Of a stretch of 64,000 bases of DNA, positions 28,984 through 37,972 are shown piece by piece. The DNA is from Candidatus Latescibacterota bacterium (GTDB taxonomy: Bacteria > Latescibacterota > UBA2968 > UBA8231), in the NCBI GenBank assembly GCA_965248265.1, contig CBDFJF010000001.1, positions 2,912,001 through 2,976,000 of the forward strand, given 5' to 3'. The translations under genes and the position numbers were made by a program. The notes under the pieces are model-generated. The model saw only the letters and a program-made list of their open reading frames with translations. It was not told where the DNA came from and made no database searches. The stretch's first letter is position 1. Every line of letters begins with the position of its first letter.

Positions 28984-30159
28984 TTATGAGCTGACCGGCG
29001 CCAGCAATTCCACCAGCGGCGCGTAGCAATAGCGTCGGTTTCTCTTTCTTCCGGTGATCTCGCGCAGGATGCCCAGTCCCTCGAGCTTGCCCACAAGCTG
29101 ATTCGCATTCGCGAAGGTTCTCCCCGTGGTAGCTGCAACCGTGCTGACCGACTGCAGCGGTCGCACTGCCATGGTCTCGACGAGCTTTAGTGCCAGGCGT
29201 GTGCTGGCACCCTTCAGGCTTTCTCCTATCAAATTCCGGTCTTTTGCTATCTGTTTCTCAATATTTTCGATAATAATCAGGTTATCCGTCGCTGCCTCGG
29301 TAGCTGCCTGCAGAAAGTAGGCGAACCAACTCCTCCACTCACCCTGTTCGCGGACCTGCTGCAGCTGCCGGAAGTGTTCGGCCCGATCGCGGTTGAAAAA
29401 CGCCGACAGACTCAACATACTGGCGCGCACACCCGGCTGCCGACTGAACAACAGCGGGATCAGCATTCTTGCCACCCGGCCGTTGCCATCGACGAATGGA
29501 TAAATGGTTTCGAGCTGATAGTAGGCGATGGCGACCTTCAGGCACGGCGCTATGGCGGTGTCGCTGGCGGTCAGGAACCGCTGCAGCGCCGCCATCGCAT
29601 CTCCAACCAGGCCAGGTGCCGGAGGAACGAACCAGGCGGTCTCGAAGGTGCTGCCGGCGGGGCCGATCCAGATTTCCGAGTCTCTGAGCTGACCGGGAAG
29701 GCTGTCACGGCCGCGCACCCGTCGAAACAGTTGCGCATGAAGGGCACGAACCAGCCTCGTCGAATAGCCCTGCTCCGCCATTACCCGCGCACCTAGGTCC
29801 CAGGCCTCGAGATAGTTGGCAGCCAGCCGGAGTTCCCCACGGAGGTCGGCGTCCGCTTCCTCCAGCCTTTGGTCCGCCCGCCACCACAGCAGCTGCGCCA
29901 GCGTAACCTGTCCGCCTTCCATGCGGTTGGAGAGCACGGACTCCCGCAACAGCATCAACTCGGCGAGGAACGCTCCCCCGTCCGCAAGTGCTCTCACGTA
30001 CCCACTCAGATTTCCCAGTGCTCTATCGGCGACTGATACAGCTTCCCAGAGTGCAGAATCCAGTTGCAGCTGCTCGTTTCGAGCCAGCGAAGGTGGCAGC
30101 AGCACGATCCCCGGGCGTTGACGGCGCTGAGTTGGACGAGTTTCCCCGGGCGAATTCAC
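28984..30159 (-). CDS. Fic family protein (Fic_N + Fic + C-terminal HTH) with non-canonical motif
   Basis: RESVLSNRMEG, PGQLR, ETIYPFVDGNGRVAR, GILREITGRKRNR. Confidence 0.9.
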   Translation of the reverse strand: MNSPGETRPTQRRQRPGIVLLPPSLARNEQLQLDSALWEAVSVADRALGNLSGYVRALADGGAFLAELMLLRESVLSNRMEGGQVTLAQLLWWRADQRLEEADADLRGELRLAANYLEAWDLGARVMAEQGYSTRLVRALHAQLFRRVRGRDSLPGQLRDSEIWIGPAGSTFETAWFVPPAPGLVGDAMAALQRFLTASDTAIAPCLKVAIAYYQLETIYPFVDGNGRVARMLIPLLFSRQPGVRASMLSLSAFFNRDRAEHFRQLQQVREQGEWRSWFAYFLQAATEAATDNLIIIENIEKQIAKDRNLIGESLKGASTRLALKLVETMAVRPLQSVSTVAATTGRTFANANQLVGKLEGLGILREITGRKRNRRYCYAPLVELLAPVSS

Positions 30160-30204
30160 AAGAGAAACTCAGGCGATCAAATTTTTGTTCATGATTATGT
30201 CCAT

Positions 30205-31041
30205 TTATCGATAATATCGGCGCAAACGTGCCCATTCGTCCAGAAAAGCCTGCAGGTGGTCTCGGCCCGGCTTCTCCAGCTCCCTTTGCAGCAGCTGCTG
30301 TACCATTTCCTGCTCCTGGCTGTACTCTTCAGACGTGAAAAATCCGGCGAAGTGCGCTACCCGGAGCCACAGGAGATAGGTTGTGAGGGCGTCAAGCTCG
30401 TTGTAGGCGACGATACGGCCGATCTCGCCAGCCATCCACAGATCAACCACATCAGCCCCGGATTCTGAGAACTTGCCGGGTATGCCGCAGACCGTGGCCA
30501 TCTCGTGCAGAGAGGGTCGGCCGCGACCGCGCCCTCCCAGAATGTCGAAGAGGTCGACGTGCCAATCGTTGCCTCCGAAGTAGTCGACTCCCTCCCAGGG
30601 CTTGTCCGGCCGTTGGGCAAAGCCTGGCACCGATACCCCCGCACCCACACCCCGCTGCACCAGGATGCGCAGATCCGCTGCCCCTGAATTGAAGCCGACC
30701 AGCTGTGGTTGGTTCTTGCCGACTCCCTCGAGAAAGCGGAATACCAGGTCGGCTTCGTTGATTTCACCTTCGTCGTGCGAAGGCAGCGAGTTCAGCTGCA
30801 GGCGCACCTCGCCGTCCTCCAACCTGCGACCGACCATGGCAATTGAGACAATGCGACACAACACCGTCTTCAGGTACGGACGTGGATCTTCCTCCGTCGC
30901 CCCACCGCGGCGCCACATTTCCTCCGTGACCTGTGCCGGCTCCATGCTTTCTGGCAGGTCATATACCATCCGTCCAGAGTGCGGATCGGGCACCCACTCG
31001 GCATCGAACGCCCAGACCCTCTCGTGTACTCGCTTGAACAT
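30205..31041 (-). CDS. Stand-alone 3'-5' exonuclease (PolB exonuclease-like)
   Basis: AFDAEW (ExoI), VGFNS..AD (ExoII), YNELD (ExoIII). Confidence 0.85.
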   Translation of the reverse strand: MFKRVHERVWAFDAEWVPDPHSGRMVYDLPESMEPAQVTEEMWRRGGATEEDPRPYLKTVLCRIVSIAMVGRRLEDGEVRLQLNSLPSHDEGEINEADLVFRFLEGVGKNQPQLVGFNSGAADLRILVQRGVGAGVSVPGFAQRPDKPWEGVDYFGGNDWHVDLFDILGGRGRGRPSLHEMATVCGIPGKFSESGADVVDLWMAGEIGRIVAYNELDALTTYLLWLRVAHFAGFFTSEEYSQEQEMVQQLLQRELEKPGRDHLQAFLDEWARLRRYYR

Positions 31042-31173
31042 TAACTTTATTTACCCATCAGAGGCATAATTCACTAAATTATCCATCCGGAATTCTGGCG
31101 AGTCGATTGAGTCACCACCCGGGCAGGCGCATTTCCCATTCCCAGCAAGCGCGGCCCAGAAGGAGAGTCTCCC

Positions 31174-31698
31174 ATGTCGTGGGTAACCTACGGCCTTTGT
31201 GCGGTCGTCGTACTTCTGATAATCCTGGTCATTTATCAGTACCTGATTCAGCGCGCCGCGTTGCGCATCGGTGAGATTCTCTACGTCATGGCCGGCAACG
31301 TCCGCGCCAAGGCAACGGAAGTCCGCCGGGACGGCAAGGACGTCGAGATCATCGAGGCTCACCTCTTCGATATCGCCACGTCGGCCCGCAGCATCCTGAG
31401 AGCTCTGGGACGCAGCGAAGAGTCTCTGGGGCCGGACCCATCCCTTACCGTTTCGACCAATGGCAGCAGCCGCATGTCGGCGGACAGCCTGCTGCGCCTG
31501 GCTGACAACATCTTCTTCTCCGTCTCCGAAGAGCAACCCGACGCCGCTTTCGAGGATGTCCAGAACGCGGCCCTTGAACGGTTTCTTAAGAAAGTGCCGA
31601 ACATGGATGCGGAAGCGGCGCGCAAGATCGTCAACGTTGTCGCCCATCAATCCCGCAAGGACAGCAAGCAGCCTTCCTTCGCCCAGGCACGCGCCTGA
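31174..31698 (+). CDS. Hypothetical protein with N-terminal transmembrane helix
   Basis: AAGGAG RBS before ATG; hydrophobic N-terminus. Confidence 0.6.
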   Translation: MSWVTYGLCAVVVLLIILVIYQYLIQRAALRIGEILYVMAGNVRAKATEVRRDGKDVEIIEAHLFDIATSARSILRALGRSEESLGPDPSLTVSTNGSSRMSADSLLRLADNIFFSVSEEQPDAAFEDVQNAALERFLKKVPNMDAEAARKIVNVVAHQSRKDSKQPSFAQARA

Positions 31699-31709
31699 AC
31701 CTCCAACAA

Positions 31710-32083
31710 TTATATCGAGACGTATCCCTGCCGCGTTGACCACAGCCCCTTAGCGGCCACCCGGTCTCCGCTTATTCTTTCCCAGTAGCGTGCGTACGAT
31801 TCCACCTGCACGCCGTGGCGCGACGTGTCTACTGCCTCCGTTTTGTAGTCGACGATCTTCCAGCCTCCGTCTGCCACCCGGAAGACGAGGTCGATGACTG
31901 CTCTTCCGCGTGATTCGACGGGGTGACGGCACGCAGATTCGCCCAGTCACAACCGGCCAGGGCGAGCGCCGTCGTCATGTTGTACCCGGCTTGTATGCTG
32001 GGCACGAACAGGATCTTGGGAGCTATCGGGTGGGACCTGCAGAGCGAGCGGAGTTGGGCAAGGTGGTGAGGTAGGGGGGCCAT
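31710..32083 (-). pseudogene. Deletion scar: AddB-like N-terminus joined to AddA/RecB nuclease C-terminus
   Basis: MAPLPHHLAQLRSLCRSHPIAPKILFVPS...WANLRAVTP; then in another frame AVIDLVFRVADGGWKIVDYKT...QVESYARYWERISG...GLW...* ending at 31710. Confidence 0.75.
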
Positions 32084-32085
32084 CC

Positions 32086-33435
32086 TCAGGTAAAGAACTC
32101 GGCGTACAGGGAGCGCACGGCAGCGGGCACATCCACTTCCTTGACCCCGAACATCATGCTGACTTCGCTGGATCCCTGGTTGATCATCTCGAGGTTGATG
32201 TTGGCCTTCGCCAGCGCACCTGTGGCGCGGGCACAGAGTCCGATCGTGTGCTGCATACCTTCGCCGACGACCATGACCAGCGCCAGGCTGCGTTCCACCG
32301 TCACTTCGTCAGCTTCCAGCTCCGTGCGAATACGGCGCAGGACTCGCTCCTCGACCGCGTGGGGGAAAAACTCCTCGCGCGCGATCACGGAAATGTTGTC
32401 GATCCCCGACGGAGTATGCTCGAAGGGAATTGCTTCATCTTCGTAGATCTGCAGCAGGCGCCGGCCAAAACCAACCTCCCGGTTCATCAGGTAGCGGCTG
32501 ACGTAGACGCTGCAGAACCCGCCCGTGGCAGCAATCCCTACGACTGGCTGGTCTCCGACCTCGCGCTCGCGGACGATGCGGGTGCCGGGGCCTTGCGGAT
32601 TGTTCGTGTTCTTTACTTCCACCGCTATACCTGCATGAAAGACCGGTTCCAGCGCCTCATCGTGGAGCACGGAGAAGCCAGCATAAGACAGCTCGCGCAT
32701 TTCCCGGTAGGTGATCTCCGCAACTGGTTTCGGATCATCGACGACACCGGGGTTGGCGGCGAACACGGAATCCACGTCGGTGAAGTTTTCGTACAGGTCC
32801 GCATCGACGGCAGCGGCCAGGATGGCGCCGGTGATATCGGAGCCGCCGCGCGGAAAGGTGACCAGTTTTCCCGCTTCCGAATAGCCGAAGAAACCGGGAA
32901 ACACGCTGATACCGGTGCGCTCGCGCAACTGTCGCAGCTTGCCGTAGGACTGGCGCAAGACTCGTGCGTTGCCGGGTTCATCCGACAGAATCATGCCGGC
33001 TTCACGCGGGTCGATGTAGTGGGCTTCGTGACCGCACTGACGCAGGTGCTCGGCCACCAGGCGAGCGCAGTTGGCCTCTCCCGCCGCTTTCATCCTGTCC
33101 GTGAACGAGGACTCGTCAGCCGGATCCTGTGACAGGCGGCCGTCGAGGTCTTCGACGACAGCCTGTATCGACTCCGGAGGCAGACTCAATCCAGAGGCGA
33201 TTTCGGCGAAGCGTTCCTTGACGCGGTCGAGCTCCGGTTCGCCGGAGTGATTGGTCAGGCGTGCATCCGCAGCCTCGATCAGCAGATCGGTCACCTTGGT
33301 GTCCGTCGCCGATCTCTTTCCCGGGGCCGATACCACGACCAGCCGGCGCTCTGGCTCGCTGGTGATGATGTCACACACCGACCTGATCAAGCCGGCGGTG
33401 GCCAGGGAGCTACCGCCGAATTTCGCCGTTTTCAT
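32086..33435 (-). CDS. lysC: Aspartate kinase
   Basis: KFGGSS, VVVSAPGK, RGGSDITG, TDVD, ELSYAG, ACT domains; ATG overlaps the upstream stop. Confidence 0.93.
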   Translation of the reverse strand: MKTAKFGGSSLATAGLIRSVCDIITSEPERRLVVVSAPGKRSATDTKVTDLLIEAADARLTNHSGEPELDRVKERFAEIASGLSLPPESIQAVVEDLDGRLSQDPADESSFTDRMKAAGEANCARLVAEHLRQCGHEAHYIDPREAGMILSDEPGNARVLRQSYGKLRQLRERTGISVFPGFFGYSEAGKLVTFPRGGSDITGAILAAAVDADLYENFTDVDSVFAANPGVVDDPKPVAEITYREMRELSYAGFSVLHDEALEPVFHAGIAVEVKNTNNPQGPGTRIVREREVGDQPVVGIAATGGFCSVYVSRYLMNREVGFGRRLLQIYEDEAIPFEHTPSGIDNISVIAREEFFPHAVEERVLRRIRTELEADEVTVERSLALVMVVGEGMQHTIGLCARATGALAKANINLEMINQGSSEVSMMFGVKEVDVPAAVRSLYAEFFT

Positions 33436-34361
33436 TCCCCAATCAACTCCGGAAAATACTCCGTGCACCAATTCTGTAACTGCTCCACATCGTCCATGCT
33501 GGCTGGCGGGTAGGGACCGCGATTGCGCAAACCCGCTCGCAAAAAGCTGGTCAGACGTCCGCCGATGCGGGCGAATGCCGTCTCCGTCAATCCCTTCACA
33601 ACCAGGGCGGCCGCCATAAATTCGCGCAAGGCCCGCAACTTGGTGCAAGTCCCCTCCACCCGGTCCCACTCGCCTTCGTGCAGATCCTGCCATAGCCGCA
33701 AAAACAGAGGTGGGTTCCAGTAGACGAGTTCGGAGCAGCTGCCGCGGACGCCACTGCGACCCAGATGGGCCCACTCCTGCTCATTGGCGAACACGGTCAC
33801 GAAGTCAGAAAGTGCCTGGCATCCCTCGGGAGAGTGGCCCAGCGTTCCCTCATCGACGGCCACCATCTCGTAGTTGGGCACGGCCTCCTTGATCGCCTGG
33901 TGCTGCGCCAGGGTCAGGGCCTTGCGATGACGCTTGGTCTCGAAGATCGACAACGTAATGTGGCCGCAGGCCCGTGACACGTCGCGAAAAAACCCGACAA
34001 CCTGCTCCTCTCCCACCTCCATCCAGAAAGGCAACCCCACCTGAATGGCGTTGGCCCCCGAGTCGGCTGCCCACTCGGCCCGCAGCATGGCACCCTCAGT
34101 GTAGGTGGCCGTACATCCAACCATGGTCGGAATGCCGCGATTGCGACACTCTTCGATCATGGCCTGATTGAGCAGCTTGAACTCTTCCAGCTCCATGGCG
34201 TAGAACTCACCCCCTGGCATCCCGCTACAGATACCGGGGATTCCCGCCTCACAGCAGGAAACCACGTCGGCGCGGTATGTGGCCTCGTCGAACTGATCCT
34301 CGTCCGTCCACGGAACCGGGAGGGCGGCCCATGGGCCGCTGAATTTGCTCTGTTCGGCCAT
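33432..34361 (-). CDS. DapA/DHDPS-family protein, catalytic residues apparently missing
   Basis: ALPVPW, GEFYA, MVGCT, GANAIQVGLPFW TIM-barrel pattern. Confidence 0.8.
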   Translation of the reverse strand: MAEQSKFSGPWAALPVPWTDEDQFDEATYRADVVSCCEAGIPGICSGMPGGEFYAMELEEFKLLNQAMIEECRNRGIPTMVGCTATYTEGAMLRAEWAADSGANAIQVGLPFWMEVGEEQVVGFFRDVSRACGHITLSIFETKRHRKALTLAQHQAIKEAVPNYEMVAVDEGTLGHSPEGCQALSDFVTVFANEQEWAHLGRSGVRGSCSELVYWNPPLFLRLWQDLHEGEWDRVEGTCTKLRALREFMAAALVVKGLTETAFARIGGRLTSFLRAGLRNRGPYPPASMDDVEQLQNWCTEYFPELIGE

Positions 34362-34537
34362 CAGCTGCTTCGAATGGAAGGCACTGTAGAGACTGCACTT
34401 ACCTTTTCCAAGATAAGAAAATGAAAAAACCACGGGTAACAGACGCAACTGAATCCCGTTTTGGCTGCTCTGCGATGTGACGTTGGTCCATCGCAAGACT
34501 CGGCGGTCAGGTGAATGAAGGGGACTCACAGCTGATT

Positions 34538-34700
34538 TGTGGAAAGATCATTCAACACAGGTGTGGAAGATGTGGATAAACAGGACCCAGATGGGTATTC
34601 GAGACCAGAAAAATGAGGCCTTACCGTCTGTCTATAAAAGAGTTATCTTCATTTCTCAGGTTGTCCACAAAACCGTCTGTCTTATCCACATTTATCCACA
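34538..34700. promoter_or_regulatory. DnaA-box cluster distal to oriC
   Basis: TGTGGATAA 34571; TTATCCACA 34682 and 34692; near matches at 34538, 34562, 34661. Confidence 0.75.
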
Positions 34701-34736
34701 CCCACCGCCGGCTATCTGACTAAAACGAAATCTCTC

Positions 34737-36533
34737 ATGCGCAAATTGAGCGACCGGTTGATCTGGCTGGAAGACACCTGCAGCATCTATGCCATCCTCG
34801 GCGATGACGCGACGACATTGATCGACTGCGGCACCCATATGTCGCCTGGTTCCCAATCGGCGCGAACCTTGCCACAGGTCGAGCAGGTTTTGCTCACTCA
34901 CTTCCACCGCGACCAATGCTCATCGGCTCATACCTGGGAGCGTCAGGGGGCCCAGATTATCGCACCGTTTGTCGAGCGCCGCCTTGTTGAGGAAGCTGAC
35001 TTGCTGCGGGCCGGCTATGACCTCTTCGACAACTACACTTCCTACTATCCCTGCTTCAGCCCGCTGGCGGACCTCGAGAAAAGCCGGTTTGCCTTCGATT
35101 ACAACACCATCAACTGGCAGGATCTTTCCTTCGAGGTCGTCCCCTTGCCCGGTCACACCGTCGGCGGAAGCGGTTATCTGTTCGAGATTGACGGCCGCAG
35201 AGTGCTCGCCTGTGGCGATCTCTTGTATGCACCAGGTAAGATGCGCGATTACTACTGGTGTCAGTGGAAGTACATGGACTTTCAGGGCCACGTGAACCTG
35301 ATCGAAAGCCTCGATACAGTCGCCGCCCTCCATGTAGACCTGATCTTGCCGGGGCATGGCGAACCCTTCGAGTCGGGTCCACAGGCCATCGATGGGTTGC
35401 GGGCCGATCTGGCCGAGATCTGGGAAATGTTCAATGGAACCCCCTACCAGCGATTCCAGCCGCAGTTTCGCGAGCTCAGCCCTCATGTGTTCGAGGTAAC
35501 CAACTCGTCGGCCAACAGCTACATCGTCCGCGACGATGAAGGCCATGGCCTGTTCATCGACTGTGGTTACACCTCCAACGCCCCGATAGGCGCTAACCCA
35601 CACCGCTTCATCGATCACATAACGCCACATCTGGAATCCGAGCTGGGAATCCGCACGGTCGAGTTTTTTCTGCCCACGCACTACCATGACGACCACCTGG
35701 CCGGGTACCCGGCGCTGCGGGCTCGCTATGACACCCAGGTGGTATCGTCGATGGCCTGCCGCGATCTGTTGCAGAATCCAGAGCGTTATGACATGCCCTG
35801 TCTGGTACCGCAGGGCCTGACCGTGACACGAGCGGTGATGCCGGCGGAGCCCTTCGATTGGCGCGGCCTCCATTTCTTCATCGAGCCTCATCCCGGCCAG
35901 ACGGTCTACGACCAGCACATCCGCTTCAACGTCGATGGCCGGACCTACGTGGCGATGGGTGATGCGATTTCCGGGAAATCCTTCAGGGAGATTGGACGGG
36001 AATACATTCACTCCTTCATTCCCAAGAACAGGACGCCGTTGTCAACCTACGCCAGCATTCCTCAACGGATTCTCGCACATCGGCCGGACGTGTTGTTGAC
36101 CGGCCATGGTGGCGCCGTCGATTGTGATGCGGAAAAAATGGAAGAGTGGAATAGTTGGATGCAGCGCTGGCAAGCGCTGTTCACGAAGGTCGTGGGGAGG
36201 GAGCATGCCGATGCGGGCATGGACCCGCGTTGGATCGAGTTTTATCCCTACAAAACACGTGTCCACCCCGGAGAGAAGCGTGACTTCCATGTGTGGATGA
36301 AGAACCACGAGCCGCAGCCCAGCTCATGCATGCTGCGCTTTCGCTCCGTTGAGGGAGTCGAAATCGATCCCGTCCAGATCGAGTTACAGCTCGAGGCCGG
36401 GGAAAAGACCGTGCGCGAGATCCACGTCCACTTTCCGCAGTCCTTTCAGACCCATTCCCTTACCATTCTGGCCGACGTCACCTGGAACGGCAACGCGCTC
36501 GGAGAGATCGCCGAAGCCATCGCCTACTGGTAA
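34737..36533 (+). CDS. Tandem metallo-beta-lactamase-fold hydrolase
   Basis: THFHRDQ/PGHT/PGHG in domain 1; THYHDDH/TGHG in domain 2. Confidence 0.85.
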   Translation: MRKLSDRLIWLEDTCSIYAILGDDATTLIDCGTHMSPGSQSARTLPQVEQVLLTHFHRDQCSSAHTWERQGAQIIAPFVERRLVEEADLLRAGYDLFDNYTSYYPCFSPLADLEKSRFAFDYNTINWQDLSFEVVPLPGHTVGGSGYLFEIDGRRVLACGDLLYAPGKMRDYYWCQWKYMDFQGHVNLIESLDTVAALHVDLILPGHGEPFESGPQAIDGLRADLAEIWEMFNGTPYQRFQPQFRELSPHVFEVTNSSANSYIVRDDEGHGLFIDCGYTSNAPIGANPHRFIDHITPHLESELGIRTVEFFLPTHYHDDHLAGYPALRARYDTQVVSSMACRDLLQNPERYDMPCLVPQGLTVTRAVMPAEPFDWRGLHFFIEPHPGQTVYDQHIRFNVDGRTYVAMGDAISGKSFREIGREYIHSFIPKNRTPLSTYASIPQRILAHRPDVLLTGHGGAVDCDAEKMEEWNSWMQRWQALFTKVVGREHADAGMDPRWIEFYPYKTRVHPGEKRDFHVWMKNHEPQPSSCMLRFRSVEGVEIDPVQIELQLEAGEKTVREIHVHFPQSFQTHSLTILADVTWNGNALGEIAEAIAYW

Positions 36534-36553
36534 AGGGAGGACCCTCCGGGTCC

Positions 36554-37972
36554 TCAGGACCATTTGGCGGTCCCGGGACCCTCCAGCCGATTCAGCCCGT
36601 TTAAAGCCGCGATTCTGTAGCCTTCAGCGAAGGTTGGATAGTTGAAGATCGTGTCGACGAAGTAGTCGGCCTTGACTCGCAGGTTGATCGCCATCTGCCC
36701 GATCGGAATGAGCTCCGTCGCCATGGTACCGATGATGTGGACGGCCAGCATTTCAAGCGTCTGAGCGTGGAAGATGAGCTTGATCATCCCCTGGGTGTCG
36801 CCGGCTATCGGTCCGCGCGCCATTTCGGAATAGAGCGCCCGACCGACCTCGTAATGCACTCCGATATCCTTCAGTTCTTCTTCCGTCGGCCCCACGCTGG
36901 AGATTTCTGGAATAGTGTAGATCCCGTAGGGAAAGAATTCGGGGAAGTGATGACTTTTGATCATCAGGGCGTTGCGGATCGCCAGACGACCCTGCTCCAC
37001 GGATGTGGATGCCAGCGCCGGCGGCCCGATGACATCCCCTGCGCCATAAATGTGCGGTTGAGTGGTCTGAAACAGCGCGTTCACGGGAATGTATCCCAGC
37101 TTGTCCAGCTCGATTCCCGCCTTGTCCAATCCGAGCCCATCGACGTTGGCGATACGGCCCATGGAATAGAACAGGCGGTCCGCCACCAGACTGCCCCCCT
37201 CCTTGAGCACGACCTCCGCTCTGCCATCGGCGCTCTTGCGCAACGCATCGATGCCCTCGCCCAGTCTCACGGACAATCCCGACATCTGGTGTATGTAGTC
37301 GGCGAATGCTTGGGATATTTCCAGGTCCAGCATCCGCAGCAGGTCGTCGCGCCGGTCCATGAGAATGACCTCGATGCCCAGGGCCGCGAACATGGTGGCG
37401 TACTCACAGCCGATGATCCCACCGCCCAATATGATCAGTGACTTGGGCAGGCTGTTCATGCGGAAGATCTCATCGGAATCCAGGAACAGGTCGGGCTCTT
37501 CTGGCAGGTCGATGGGGTGGCGCGGTCTGGACCCAGTGGAGATGAGGACCTTGTCGGCCTCGAAGCGGGCGCTCACCTGGCCGGCCTCATTCATGACTTC
37601 AACAATGTGCTCGTCCGTGAAGTGTGCCGTTCCGAAGGCGGTGCCAATATCGTTTGCCTCGCATTGCTCGCTCAGAACCCGATTCTCATCCTCGATCACC
37701 TTGTTTACGCGTGACCTGAGTTCATCGAAGGATATCTCGTGCTGAGGTCCCTCGCCTCCGTGGTACCCCGAGTGAATGAAACCGGTCATATCCAGAATGG
37801 CCTGACGCAGAGCCTTCGACGGTACGGTGCCATGGTTGAGGCAGGCACCACCAAGCAACCCGAGGCGATCGGCGACGACGACCTTGAGACCCCCCTTGGC
37901 TCCCTGGATGGCTCCCTTCTGCCCGGCGGGTCCTGCCCCGATCACGAGTAGATCCACTTGCTCCGTCTTCAT
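36554..37972 (-). CDS. sthA: Soluble pyridine nucleotide transhydrogenase
   Basis: GAGPAGQKGA, GGACLNHGTVPSKALR (single Cys), GIYTIPEIS, FNYPTFAEGY. Confidence 0.9.
   Translation of the reverse strand: MKTEQVDLLVIGAGPAGQKGAIQGAKGGLKVVVADRLGLLGGACLNHGTVPSKALRQAILDMTGFIHSGYHGGEGPQHEISFDELRSRVNKVIEDENRVLSEQCEANDIGTAFGTAHFTDEHIVEVMNEAGQVSARFEADKVLISTGSRPRHPIDLPEEPDLFLDSDEIFRMNSLPKSLIILGGGIIGCEYATMFAALGIEVILMDRRDDLLRMLDLEISQAFADYIHQMSGLSVRLGEGIDALRKSADGRAEVVLKEGGSLVADRLFYSMGRIANVDGLGLDKAGIELDKLGYIPVNALFQTTQPHIYGAGDVIGPPALASTSVEQGRLAIRNALMIKSHHFPEFFPYGIYTIPEISSVGPTEEELKDIGVHYEVGRALYSEMARGPIAGDTQGMIKLIFHAQTLEMLAVHIIGTMATELIPIGQMAINLRVKADYFVDTIFNYPTFAEGYRIAALNGLNRLEGPGTAKWS

Noticed and set aside
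34362-34536. Possible lysine riboswitch upstream of dapA-like/lysC
   Set aside because: No AGAGG-type P1/P2 core or matching terminator recognisable by eye.
34920-36011. Long antisense/shadow ORFs (also 23971-24981, 46713-47774, 6824-7792)
   Set aside because: They mirror well-supported genes; expected artefact of GC-rich codon usage.
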